From: Eledone cirrhosa
Lineage: Eukaryota
Reading direction: 5' to 3'
DNA: 64,000 nt
NCBI GenBank assembly: GCA_964016885.1
Contig: OZ024740.1
Span: forward strand, 360,902,001-360,966,000
The translations under genes and the position numbers were made by a program. The notes beneath the pieces were generated by a model. The model saw nothing but the letters and a program-made list of their open reading frames with translations. It had not been told where the DNA came from and did no database searches. This document shows positions 41,452 through 58,868 of the stretch, one piece after another (position 1 is the first letter of the stretch; each line of letters begins with the position of its first letter).

Positions 41452-42169
41452 TATACCCTATTTATGGTGCTAATTATACTCTATATAGATAAATATATAT
41501 AAGATGTTAACTATAACCTATCTATCATCATTTTACGTCCACTTTTCCCTGCTGGCAGGGGTGGGACAGGAACTGATTCTGGCTTGATTTCTACAGCTGG
41601 ATGCTCTGGCTAACACCACCTCATTTACAGTGAGTGCTGGGTGCTTTTTTGCCGTGGCACCTACACGTCCACTTTACAGTGTGGGCTGGGTGCTTTTTTG
41701 CCGTGGCACCTCCACGACCATTTTGCAGTGGAATGATAGGGAACTCAGTCCTATCATCTCATTTCTACAGCTGAGTAAACTGGAGCAATGTGAAATAAAG
41801 TGTCTTGCTCAAGGAAACAACATCACCTGGTCTGAGAATTGAACTCACAACCTTTCTAACCACTAAGCCATGTGCCTCCATGGGTAAATATACATATGTA
41901 CATACACACAGATATATATTTACAGATATAGCTTTATCGTACACGTCAGCTGCTAGCACACTTCTTAATATATGTCTTAATCAATTACCAACATGAGCAC
42001 TAATTATATGCAAATTAGTATGCTCGTTTCAGAATAAGAGCGAATGGGTACATATACCCATCAAATGCATGTTTCCTTGTGGTTGATTGGATGATATGTA
42101 TGCCTTCTGATAAGGGACCAATGAAATCCAAAAATCCTTCACCCGGATATATATATATATATATATATA

Positions 42170-43575
42170 TCATCATCAACGTTTAACGTCCGTGTTCCAC
42201 GCTTGCATGGGTTTGGACGGGGGTTTTCCCACTTGAGGCAAGAGTGATTATCTTGCTCGCATAGGACTATCTGGCGGGTTTTCTACAGCTGGATGCCCTT
42301 CCTAACACCAACCACATTTACAGTGTGGAGCTGGGAGGTTTTTACCGTGTTGCCTACACGGCCACATTACAGCGTGGACTGTCTGGCGAGTTTTCTACAG
42401 CTGGATGCCCTTCCTAACACTAACCACATTTACAGTGTGGGGGGCTGGGAGGTTTTTACCGTGTTGCCTACACGGCCACATTACAGCGTGAACTGTGTGT
42501 TTTTTGACGTGACACTACACGATCTCATTTGTTTCGGCCTGGATGTTGTGGCACCAACATAACTTTACATTGAAAGGGGCGGTGTGGATGGGGTGGGGGT
42601 GGTGGGACGGGGGTGTATTTTGTTAGAGATGCCTACTGACTGTAGTAGGTTTTACTTTGTATTTAGGTAAGGCGGGTCTTCTCTATTACTGACTACCGCC
42701 AAAGGTCTCGGTCCAGTGACATTGTCTTGGTGAGGTGTAAGTGTGTGAGGTCGGAATTTATCAGCTCGTCCCAGGTTTTTCTGGGTCTGCCTATTCCGTG
42801 GCTACCGTCTATCTTTATTGCCCTGCACTTTGTTATACAGCTATCGTCCTTCATGCACATCACGTGACCATACCAACGTAGCCTTCTCTCGAGTAAACAA
42901 CATCTGATCCCTCTTATTTTCTAATTTTTTCCTTAGTTCGTTTACGCTTTGTCGTTCACGTATATTACTATTACACATCCAGCGGAGCATGCAAGCTTCG
43001 TTTCTCTCTAGTCTGCGTATATCCTCTGCACACTGCCAGGTCTCACTGCCATGCAACATTGCTGTTCGTATGCAGGCATCGTACAACCTGACTTTCATTT
43101 TTAGGGAGAACCCTTTAGCAGCTAATAGTGGTATAAGCTATTTGAACTTTTTCGATCCAGTTCTGACTCTAGCTACTGTACTTTCATAGCACCCTCCCCC
43201 CACTGCTGATTTTGTCACCCAGGTAACGGAAACTGTCCACTATTTCTATAGAACCCTCTGCGCAGTTGAAAGAGCTAGTATTTTGTGGGCACTTGCTGCT
43301 ACTTATTGCACCAGAGCACCGGCCACATGTAAAATCTATGTTCTTAGTTAGCTTACCTGTGATCCCACTACATCTTTTATGCACCCATACTTTGCATTTG
43401 GGACACAAAATGGAGTTTCTACCTACGCCTTTCCTACACACTGAGCATGGCCACTTCCCGGAAGGGACCGCCGCCTTTTTTTCTTTCTTACGAACTAGAA
43501 CTTTAGTCTTAGCCAGGTTAATTTTAAGGCCTTTTGATTCTAGGCCGTGCTTCCATGTTTGGAATTTCTTCTCTA
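42170..43575 (-). mobile_element. RTE LINE 3' portion, truncated at the giant TA array
   Basis: [27 protein letters not shown]...WPCSVC...CPKC..WVHKRC...CGRC...[12 protein letters not shown]; 3'UTR and (ATC)n tail. Confidence 0.92.
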
Positions 43576-48594
<5,019 letters not shown>

Positions 48595-48794
48595 NNNNNN
48601 NNNNNNNNNNNNNNNNNNNNNNNNNNNNNNNNNNNNNNNNNNNNNNNNNNNNNNNNNNNNNNNNNNNNNNNNNNNNNNNNNNNNNNNNNNNNNNNNNNNN
48701 NNNNNNNNNNNNNNNNNNNNNNNNNNNNNNNNNNNNNNNNNNNNNNNNNNNNNNNNNNNNNNNNNNNNNNNNNNNNNNNNNNNNNNNNNNNNNN
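48595..48794. other. Assembly gap (200 N)
   Basis: Run of N. Confidence 1.
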
Positions 48795-49875
48795 AATGAC
48801 CAGTGCAAGAAGAATTGGCCGATGCAGCTGCAGGTCTCCTCCAAGAATGCACTTCTGGTCCCGCAACACCAGACGAAGATGGAGAAGACGACCGGGATAA
48901 TATGTCGACTCTGACCACCGACTACGGCACCTCCCTCAACCACCGGTCCTCCCTCCCTCTGTCCCGTCATCCCTCAGTCCTCCTGCTCCCCCTTCCTGTA
49001 CCAGAAAGCTGTGGCACGCATTCATCTGGACTGCCGGGACTTGAACTCAAGGACAAGATGCAAGGAGAAGATGGACGGGTTGGTCAAGATCCAAGGATGA
49101 GCGGGTCGACAAGACCGTCCGCTGCTGCTCAAGATCTGTGCTCATGGGCCCATGGGTCCATTCACATTATGCATGACACATGAGGCGTGTCGCCGAATGA
49201 TGAAATAAGGGTATGATTATGGCCCAATTGGTGTTCAAACCAGGATCAAATGATCCCCCGGTCTGACGACGACCTCTGAATGTGGAACCCAAAGCCTATG
49301 AATGTGGAACTCGATTTTTTACCAATAAAAATTTTGCCACTAATATTATTGTAAAATTTTTTTATTTCTTGTCCAATTCTTTAAAGTTTTATCTTAGTTT
49401 CTTGTCCTATTCTTTTAAAGTTTTATTTTAGTTTCTTGTCCTGTATTTTTAAAGGTTTATATTCCAACAATATTACTTTTTTTTTGCTGTACGCATTTTT
49501 CTATCTGGTATATATATTGTTATACTTCGGGGGGGGGGGGGGGGGGGGTCATATTTGTGTAATAATATTGCCAGAATTAATAACAGAATACACTCACTGT
49601 TTGCTTGGTTTTCGCTTCTGTGTTTTTTATATTGGTTAATTTAATTTATTCGGTCCTCAATGTTACCATTGACTGACCAACGGTCAAAAATACAGATACA
49701 ATATAGACACAAACACATATATATAGTCTAACAAAGTTCTTTCGTTGCACATCTGCAACATCGTTAGTGGTGCTATTATGTTTCCCCCCGTTGCATTGTA
49801 TGCCTATGCCATCTTTTTTTAGTCTGTTTATTTATTTTTTATCTATCCATATCTATATATATCCATATAATATAT

Positions 49876-49925
<50 letters not shown>

Positions 49926-49926
<1 letters not shown>

Positions 49927-51185
49927 TTAGGGGTAAACATTGATGCAATCAATTCAAGCACTCAACTTACTTATTCCACATAGGAGTGACGGAGTAAATA
50001 TCGAATAAGGAAAAGCGAAGTAGTTTCAGATGTTCAAGTCTTTTAATAATAATGCTGTGATATATATTTCAATGGCGACAGTGGCCACACTGTTCCGTGC
50101 GCCAGTGCCGCGACATCGTCAGACAGCTTGTTACATAATAAGGTTATGTTTCCGAGGCAATCCAAATTGAATCGACATGGGAACGGACGAAGTGTGTGGT
50201 CTTGGGTTCTTCATCCCCACCGGTCTGCGCAGGCGCAGGTCCGAAGGAAGTTGACCATTAGCTACCGCAGATTTCAACGAAATTCGCTTAGTCAGTTTCC
50301 CCCTCTCAACCAAACAATGACCCATTCAGGCCTGTTATATATAGCTTACTGCTACCTACCCCATCCGTGGCAGTCAGCTGAAAGCCAGTGGGGATGGGAG
50401 AGTGTGAGTATCTATAGGTCTCAATACTACCCCTCATTAAGCATGGACAGTATCATAGACCATCAACCTCTAAGAAAAAATATACTTAATTCTAGGTATC
50501 ATGGTTTAACAGTGGAAGTTATGAATGACAGTTGGAAATTAGAACTAAAAATTAAAAATTAAAAATCGAAAATCAGAAATCAAATATTAAAAATTAGAAA
50601 TTAAAAATTAAAAAATGTTCAAGTGAGAATCTAGATTGAGGTGAGTAAAAAAAATATAGATTGAAGTGAGTAAATAATATAATATATGCAACTATACTAT
50701 CTACTACGTAGAGAGATCTTTAAGTAAGAAGTTTTGAAAGGGGTATTAATGTTACAGTTATATTATCTACATACTGAACGATAGTACCGTACAGTAGAAC
50801 GGAGGGTAAATTACAGTCTGAAAGGTAGTAGTTAGTCGGGTACATAGTTAGAATTTCCATCACATGGAACAAAACCAAAGAAACAGATATAAAGTACACA
50901 AAAGAAAAAAACTAGTAAATGCAAAAAACACATACAGTACATATATGCAAAATGAGATAGATGATTAATATGATTGTCAATTTGTCCATATATAGATTGA
51001 ATTGAGGGGGCTTCTGTTCAAATGTGATTTGGTGCAGGAAAATAGGGGTTTATTGGTGTTTTTGTTTCCGCGTATTTATCCTGCCGAAAGTTATTATTAT
51101 GTCCGTCCAGTATATATTGAAATATATATCACAGCATTATTATTAAAAGACTTGAACATCTGAAACTACTTCGCTTTTCTTTATT
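49926..51185 (-). mobile_element. Non-coding TA-flanked element with a ~78 nt tail, 70 bp inverted arms (50004-50073 / 51116-51185) and a hammerhead; a diverged relative follows at ~51200-51395
   Basis: Mirrored aaaagcgaagtagtttcagatgttcaagtcttttaataataatgctgtgatatatatttcaat, with (TA)n on both sides. Confidence 0.7.
50054..50127 (-). ncRNA. Putative type I hammerhead ribozyme
   Basis: Minus strand: GCTGT-CTGACGA-long stem II-GAAA-TATATA-TC-ACAGC. Perfect 5 bp stem I, palindromic stem III, AUC triplet. Confidence 0.7.
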
Positions 51186-51393
51186 ATATATATATATATG
51201 GAATGGACCTCGTCTATGGAAACATCATTTCTGTCTGTTCCCTTGTCTTTAGATTGGATTGCCTCAGAAACATAACCTTATTGCATAAGATGATGTCTAA
51301 TAATATTGTGTGACTGGGTATATGATTGAACAATCGTATACCCTTGACCGTCACTGAAATATGTATCACAACTTCGTGAACTTCGTATTTTCT

Positions 51394-51424
<31 letters not shown>

Positions 51425-51738
51425 TATACCCTTGCAAGCAGGGAAAAGTGGATGTAAAATGATGATGATGATGATGATGATGATATATATATATATATAT
51501 CATCATCATTTCATTTTACGTCTGCTTTTTCCCTGCTTGCAAGGGAACTATCATCTCATTTCTACAGCTGAGTAAACTGGAGCAATGTGAAATAAAGTGT
51601 CTTGCTCAAAGAAACAACACACCACCCGGTCTGAGAATTGAACTCACAACCTTTCAATTGCAAGGCCAATGCTCTAACCACTAAGCCATGTGCCTCCATA
51701 TATATATATCAGATGTGAAAAAAACCATAGACCCTCCA

Positions 51739-51793
<55 letters not shown>

Positions 51794-51798
<5 letters not shown>

Positions 51799-52607
51799 TT
51801 TGGGAGGGTCATGTTGCCAATAAGAAACACACGCACCAGTTGCTTTCACTTCAGTTTATTATATATTTATAAATTTACAAATCTACAAACTTATAAATTT
51901 CTGGTTGGTTGGTTGGTCCCACAACCAGATAGTTGTTTATATATAGTCATAGTCCTTTCGTCACACACTCTGTGACCTCTTCAGTGACTAGGGATTCCTT
52001 TCTTCGTTTCTGTGCCTTTCCTTTCTTCTATCCTTCGCCATTTTGTTTCTGTGTGTGTGCTGTTTGCGCATGCGCCACATCCGGGTGTCTGTGTGTGTTT
52101 GTGTTCATTTATCTATTTGTTTATTTATTTATTGTTGGTTGGTTGTTTGTTCTATGTGTGTGTGTGTTTTCATTTTGTCCTGTGTGTGTTTTCATTTTGT
52201 CCTTAATTGTAAGTTGTTTGTTCTGTGTGTGTGTGTGTTTTCATTTTGTCCTTAATTGTAAGTTGTGATGTTGCTGTTCCACTCATATTTTCTAATTAAT
52301 TTTGGTTTTAATTCTTTTATGCTTACTGCCTCTGTAATTTGCCTAAACATTGCGTCTTTTCTGTGTGACGAAAGGACTATGACTATATATAAACAACTAT
52401 CTGGTTGTGGAACCAACCAACCAACCAGAAATTTATAAATTTGTAGATTTGTAGGTTTATAAATTTATAAATATATAATAAATTGAAGTGAAAGCAACTG
52501 GTGCGTGTGTTTCTTATTGGCAACATGACCCTCCCAAAGTATAACAATATCGATTTCAACACACGATTTCAGATAAAGAATCTTGCTAAACAAATTCAGA
52601 AACGAAA
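51794..52607. mobile_element. Non-coding TA-flanked element with ~175 bp inverted arms (51794-51967 / 52362-52543), a ~64 nt tail and a hammerhead; another copy starts at ~63978
   Basis: Mirrored tatactttgggagggtcatgttgccaataag...cctttcgtcacaca. The same end sequence recurs at the window terminus. Confidence 0.75.
51944..51990 (-). ncRNA. Putative minimal type I hammerhead ribozyme
   Basis: Minus strand: TAGTCA-CTGAAGA-G-GTCACA-GAGTG-TGTGAC-GAAA-GGAC-TA-TGACTA. Perfect 6 bp stems I and II, one extra G after the core, minimal stem III. Confidence 0.7.
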
Positions 52608-53021
52608 TATATATATATATATATATATATAGTGTAAAATATATAAGTTTTTAACGATATCATATATAGTGGAAACAGTGAGAAATCTCATCACCTGGAT
52701 TGTATATGTAATTGAAAGACCCAGCTTTGTCACATATCGTCATGCTGATTTGGCTTATGAATTACATTAAAGCTACATTTATCTATAGAATACTCAGCCT
52801 AGTTAATGCTAATTCGTGGGCGAGGATCCATTATCATTATATATTTAAGGTGATCTGGGTTAAGCAACAATAATAACTTATATATTACGAAAAGCCCCAC
52901 ACCAGGAAAATGGTCAATGTCGCAAAAAAAAAACAAATGGCGACATAAAGCAACAACAGTCTAATAAAGAGTTACTTCCCTTAAATCAAATACATATATA
53001 TATATATATACATCTGTTGTC

Positions 53022-56000
53022 CGGGTATCAACGGCGATTGCCCAATATAGGTTTGTTATTTTTATTGATTTATTACTTTAAATCGAGACAGGCAAACCAT
53101 ATTGTTTTAAATTAGTATTTTTCAACTTAGCTAACTTGGTCATTTGCAATTCGAACACATGTATACTTGTATCGGTGTTTTCATCCCTCTCATATATTCA
53201 ATTGTATTACACGGCTTGGGAAGATTCCCTATTTAATTGTAAAAGACTATTTTGAGTTTCTAACTCAATATATGATATTCTCGGCTCCATACGTAGAGCT
53301 AACTTTAGTCCCATAAAACCGGCTACTATTTTTAGCGGCACGAGTATGAGACGCGCTAGGCAGTGTAACATGTGCGTTTACCAACAGATAGTTCAGTCGT
53401 CTTAGATCTTTTGAAGTGAAAGGTACGAATTTCCTGGATACCCGCAGAAGAGCACAGGAATGGTGACTTTCACTTAATAATTGTTGCGAAACAGATTTAG
53501 ATTTGTCTGGGTATCAACGGCGATTGCACAATATACATTATTTTTATTGATTTATTACTTTAAATCGAGACAGGCAAACCATCATCATCATCATCATCAT
53601 CGTTTAACGTCCATTTTCCACGCTAGCATGGGTCTGGACGGGAATTGTCCCACTTGAGGCAAGATTGGTTGTCTTGCTCAGGACTGTCTGGCGGGTTTTC
53701 TAGGGCTGGATGCCCTTCCTAACACCAACTACGTTTACAGTGTGGACTGGGAGGTTTTTACCGTGTTACCTACACGGCAACATTACAGCGTGGACTGTGT
53801 GTTTTATTGTCGTGACACCTACACGTCTGGCGGGTTTTCTACGGCTGGGTGCCCTTCCCAACACCAACCACGTTTACAGTGTGTACTGGGAGGTTTTTAC
53901 CGTGTTACCTACACGGCCACATTACAGCGTGGACTGTGTGTTTTTTTGTCGTGACACCTACACAACCTCATTTGTTTCGGACTGGATGTTGTGTTACCAA
54001 CATAACTTCACATTTAAGGGGGTGGTGTGGATGGGGTGGGGGTAGTGGGATGGGGTGTATTTTGTTAGAGGTGCCTACTGACTGTAGGTTTCGCTTTGTA
54101 CTTAGGCAAGGCGGGTCTTCTGTATAACTGTGTAGCGCCAAAGATCTCGGTCCAGTAACATTGTCTTGGAGAGGTGTAAGTGTGTGAGGTCGGAATTTAT
54201 CAGCTCGTCCCAGGTTTTTCTGGGTCTGCCTACTCCGTGGCTACCGTCTATTTTTATCGCCCTGCACTTTTTTATACAGCTGTCGTCTTTCATGCTCATC
54301 ACGTGACCGTACCAACATCGTCTTCTCTCGAGTAAACAACATCTGATCCCTCTTATTCCTAATTTCTCCCTTTATGCTTTGCCCTTCACATATATTACTA
54401 TTACACATCCAGCGGAGCATGCAAGCTTCGTTTCTCTCCAGTCTGCGTATATCCTCTGCACATAATGCCCAGGTGTCGCTGCCATGTAACATTGCTGTTC
54501 GTATGCAGGCATCATACAGCCTGCCTTTCATTTTTAGAGAGAACCCTTTAGCGGCCAATAGTGGTATAAGCTCTCTGAACTTTTTCCATCCCGTTCTGAC
54601 TCTAGCTACTGTACTTTCAGAGCACCCTCTCCCACTGCTGATTTTGTCACCCAGGTAACGGAAGCTGTCCACTATTTCTATAGAACCATCTGTGCAATGG
54701 AATGAGCTATTATTCTGTGGGCACTTGCTGCTACTTATTGCACCAGAGCACTGGCCACATATAAAATCTATATTCTTAGTTAGCTTACCTGTGATCCCAC
54801 TACATTTTTTATGCACCCATACTTTGCGTTTGGGACATCAAATGGAGTTTCTGCCTACTCCTTTCCTTCACACTGAGCATGGCCATTTCCCAGATGGGAC
54901 CGGTGCCCTATTTTCCTTCATACAAACTAGAACTTTAGTCTTAGACAAGTTAACTGTAAGGCCTTTTGATTCTAGGCCATGCTTCCATGTTTGGAATTTC
55001 TTCTCTAGTTCCGCCATTGATTCAGCTATGAGCGTTAGATCATCTGCATATAGGAGTTCCCATGGGCAGCTGGTCTTGAACTCCTGTTATAGCCTGAAGG
55101 GCAATAATAAATAGTAGGGGGCTAAGGACGGAGCCCTGATGAACACTAACTTTTATGCTAAACTCTTCACTATATTCGTTGTTAATTCTAACCTTGCTGA
55201 CTGTTTCTTTATACATGGCTTGTATAGCTCTCACAAGCCATTCATCAACACCTAGTTTTCTAAGGGCCCACCAGATAATCAAGCGGGGTCAAAGGCTTTC
55301 TCCAAGTCAGCAAAGGCTAAGTATAGGGGTTTACTTTTAGCTAGGTACTTCTCCTGTAGTTGTCATACAATGAAGAGAGCGTCTGTTGTATTTTTACCTG
55401 ACACAAACCCGAACTGCATTTCATCTAGATCAATTCGCTCTCTGATTAGTTGTGCTATTACTTTTTCTGTGACCTTCATGACCTGGTCAATTAATTTAAT
55501 GCCTCTATAGTTTCCCCTATCTAGGGCATCACCTTTACCCTTGTAGCAGTTAATGATGATGCTGCGGCGCCAGTCCTTCAGAACGACCCCATTCTGTATG
55601 ACTTGGTTTACTATCCAAGTGACCATAGTGTGTCCCACCGTTCCAGATGCTTTCAGCATTTCAGCAACTATTTCCGAAGGCCCGGCCGCCTTCATGTCTT
55701 TGATCGCCTTACTTATTATACTACCTTCAACTTGCACCCTCTATTGGGTCGATGTGGGGGAGACTGTCTTTCTCCCAATTATTCTCCTCATTTAGTAGCC
55801 TTTCGTAGTGACACTTCCAAGCTACCTTCTTATCAGCGTCAGTGATGGCAAGTACACCATCATCATTAAGGACACACTTCTCCCCGACAATATCACTGTT
55901 TTCTTTGACACATTGCCTAGCAATCCTGAACACCTCACGCTTTTGGTCCTCGCGTTGTAGAACATGCTTGAACTTTCTTTCCTCTGCTTCCCTTCTTGCG

Positions 56001-56497
56001 AAGTACACTTGTCTCCTAGCTTCCCTCCTGGCCACTTGATAGTCTTCTCTACTTCCCCCATCCTGCCATGCTTTCCAAGCCTGCTTACTGACCCCTCCAC
56101 CTTACTCTCCTCCTGCCTATAGGTCTGCTCCAGTCACAGGTTTCATCTGTCGCCTTCAGCAGGTTAGCTTTCAGGAATTCCCACTGTTCCTCTATATTGT
56201 ACGACTCTAATTGCTCTTCCTTACTATCAAAAGCATCAAGTAATATGCTTTTAAATTTATTACTGGCTGTGGGGTCTTTTAACTTCCATATTTTTCTCCT
56301 GAGGATAGTCCTCTTCTGTTGTCGAGTACGTCTCGTCCTGACTATGAGGTCGCTGACTATGAGTCTATGTTGAGAGGTGCATTCTTCAAACCATATTGTT
56401 TTAAATTAGTATTTTTCAACCTAACTAACTTGGTCATTTGCAATTCGAACACATGTATACTTGTATCGGTGTTATCCCTCTCATATATTCAATTGTA
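53022..56497. repeat. ~185 bp direct repeat pair (53022-~53206 and 53508-53582 + 56395-56497); the second copy is split by an RTE insertion
   Basis: gggtatcaacggcgattgc...aaatcgagacaggcaaaccat|attgttttaaattagtatttttcaac is intact in copy 1 and split in copy 2. Confidence 0.85.
53583..56386 (-). mobile_element. 5'-truncated RTE LINE (~2.8 kb, frameshifted) with 8 bp TSD CAAACCAT
   Basis: RT fragments (NCYKGKGDALDRGNYRGIKL, VHQGSVLSPLLF), PHD-like finger, 3'UTR and (ATC)n tail. CAAACCAT at 53575-53582 and 56387-56394. Confidence 0.93.
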
Positions 56498-58385
56498 TAT
56501 ATATATACATCAGCATTAACTTTTATGTTTTATTGTTATATGGAACACACACCATAGATTTCATTTCAGGGTCATCTCATAGGACTTAACATCCGTCAGG
56601 TCAGATCTTATTACTGACAAAGGTATCTTTAATTTACTGTTATTGCAATAAATATATATAAGGACCCATATACTAATATTTATGTATAATAACCATACAT
56701 AAAGTCTCTCTGTATTTTAACCTGTGATCATGTCAGAGCTAACACAGCAAATAGTAAGAGTGGCAAATGCATTTCACTGTCATATATGCCTTTATTTTGA
56801 ATAATGCTGTGTCAGTGCTATTAATTAAAACTAGCCAGTCAAGATTGCCTTAAATGTAAATAAACCTTCACAACAAATGGTTTGTTAACAAAATCCTACA
56901 AAAAAATATTGTTTTCTATACCTCCGCACCCAGGAGTATGTTCCTCTACTTTACAGTTTAGAGGAAGCTTATAGCATCTAACCCCTCTCCTTCCCAACCT
57001 CATGGACCAAGCTGTACTTCTAGTTCCTAAATACTATTTCCATCAGTGCCACCAACCAACACTTACAAACCATGAAGATCCACAATGTGGTTGCCCAAAC
57101 TGCTAAGAAATAGCAGCCAAATCTCAACTCACACCCTACCAATTTTAAAAAGAACAATACACTGCACAATGTAATCCTAGATATACAAAACAATGAGCTA
57201 ATCATGGTTGAAATCCTTTTAATCATAGGTTTGCTCATTCAAGGCTAAACAACAACAATTTGGATAATGTACCAACAGATATAAAACATTAAATAAATAA
57301 ATAAATAAAGAGGATAGGAGATGGTCGAGATATGCCTTTCACCATAAACTCAGTCAGAATTGACCAGAGCTAAACCTCAACATTCTTACTGCCTTGAAAA
57401 AGATGTTATGTTGAAAATTAACCTAATTTTTTTTTTCCATTTGAGAAACAAAATGTTTGGCATTGACAAGAAGAAGCAATGGAGGGTTCCAGGATGTAAT
57501 AATAATAACGGTTTTTGATTTAGGCACAAGGTCAACAATTTTGGAGGAGAAAATCGATTAAATCAACCCCAGTATGTTACTGGTACTTTATTTTATCGAC
57601 CCCGTAAGGATGAAAGGCAAAGCTAACCTTGGTGGGATTTGAACTCAGGACATAAAGGGTTGTAACTGCATGCCACAGAACATGTTGTCCAACACTCTAC
57701 TGATACTACCAATCCACCACCCTAATAATAATGGTTTCTGATTTAGGCACAAGGCCAATAATTTTGGGGCGAGAGAAAAGTTGATTAAATCGACCCCCAG
57801 TGAATTACTGGTGCTTTATTTTATAGACCTTGTAAGGATGAAAAGCAAAGCTAACCTCAGCGGGATTTGAACTCAGACCATAAAGGGCCGTAACTCTATG
57901 CTGCAAAGCATGGTGTCCAACACTCTATCAATACTGCGCTCGGAATTATAAAAAAAAAAAACAGATAGATACATAACAACAAAAACCTCAAGATTTTCAA
58001 ATACATACAACATACAGAAAATAGCACTACTAAGTACTCTACACATCAGCACCAAAAAACAACACTGCTCATATTCAAGCTACACAGATCTGAGCTTGAT
58101 AATATAGTGACAGCATGCACTGAAAATATGACAAATGATAATAATAATAATGAATTCTAATCTAGGCAACACAAGTCTTGCAATTTGTGGAGTGGAGGGG
58201 AAAAGTCAATTGTATTGACCCCAGTATTTTACTGGTACTTTATTTTATCGACCTCTGAAGGATGAAAGGCAAAGTTGACCCCAGCAGGATTTGAATGCAA
58301 AGTGCTGGAACAAATTATTTTCTATTTTGTAGTCATGGGACCAGTCTTCAAGTTACCAATTATCATCACTAAGTCCATATCTTAC

Positions 58386-58553
58386 CTGAAGTTTTTTGTA
58401 CATCTCTAGGTTTAATGTTTTTATATCTTCCAACTGTTTCCTCATTGAAATAATGTTGTCCTGTTTCTCATGAATGTCTTTCTCCAGCAACCGTAGGGCC
58501 ATCTCCATCTCAGTTTTCATACTGATCTGAAGCTCTAGTTCTCGTTCAACATC
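58386..58553 (-). CDS. RUFY2: Internal coding exon of a RUN and FYVE domain-containing protein (RUFY1/2/3 family, coiled-coil region; most like RUFY2)
   Basis: ttgtag|[56 protein letters not shown]|gtaag; 168 nt, phase 0-0. Strongly resembles the recalled vertebrate RUFY2 segment (..[37 protein letters not shown]). Missed by the ORF track. Confidence 0.88.
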
Positions 58554-58685
58554 CTACAATGAATTCAATATGAGAGTCAACATTAAACTGGGGAGGAGGA
58601 GAAGGATGGTGGTCTATTTAGTATGAGTTAAGGTAGTTTGGAGAGAGGTGGTAGTGGCAGTATCAGAAGGGAAAGTAAACACAAT

Positions 58686-58868
58686 CACATGAGGGACAGG
58701 ACAGGGAGAGGGCTACTCAACACAACCACATGAGGGACACTCAACATAATCACATGAGGGACAGGGCCATTCAACATAATCACATAAGGACCACTCAACA
58801 CAACCACATGAGGGACAGGGCCACTCAATGCCACCACATGAGGGACAGAGCCACTCAACACAACCACA
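58686..58868. repeat. Imperfect ~30 bp minisatellite (cacatgagggacagggccactcaacacaac), ~6 copies
   Basis: Read directly from the sequence. Confidence 0.85.

Noticed and set aside
42100-42150. Hammerhead-like ctgataaggga...tccaaaa next to a TA run
   Set aside because: Core positions are mutated and no convincing stems I and III; at best a decayed remnant.
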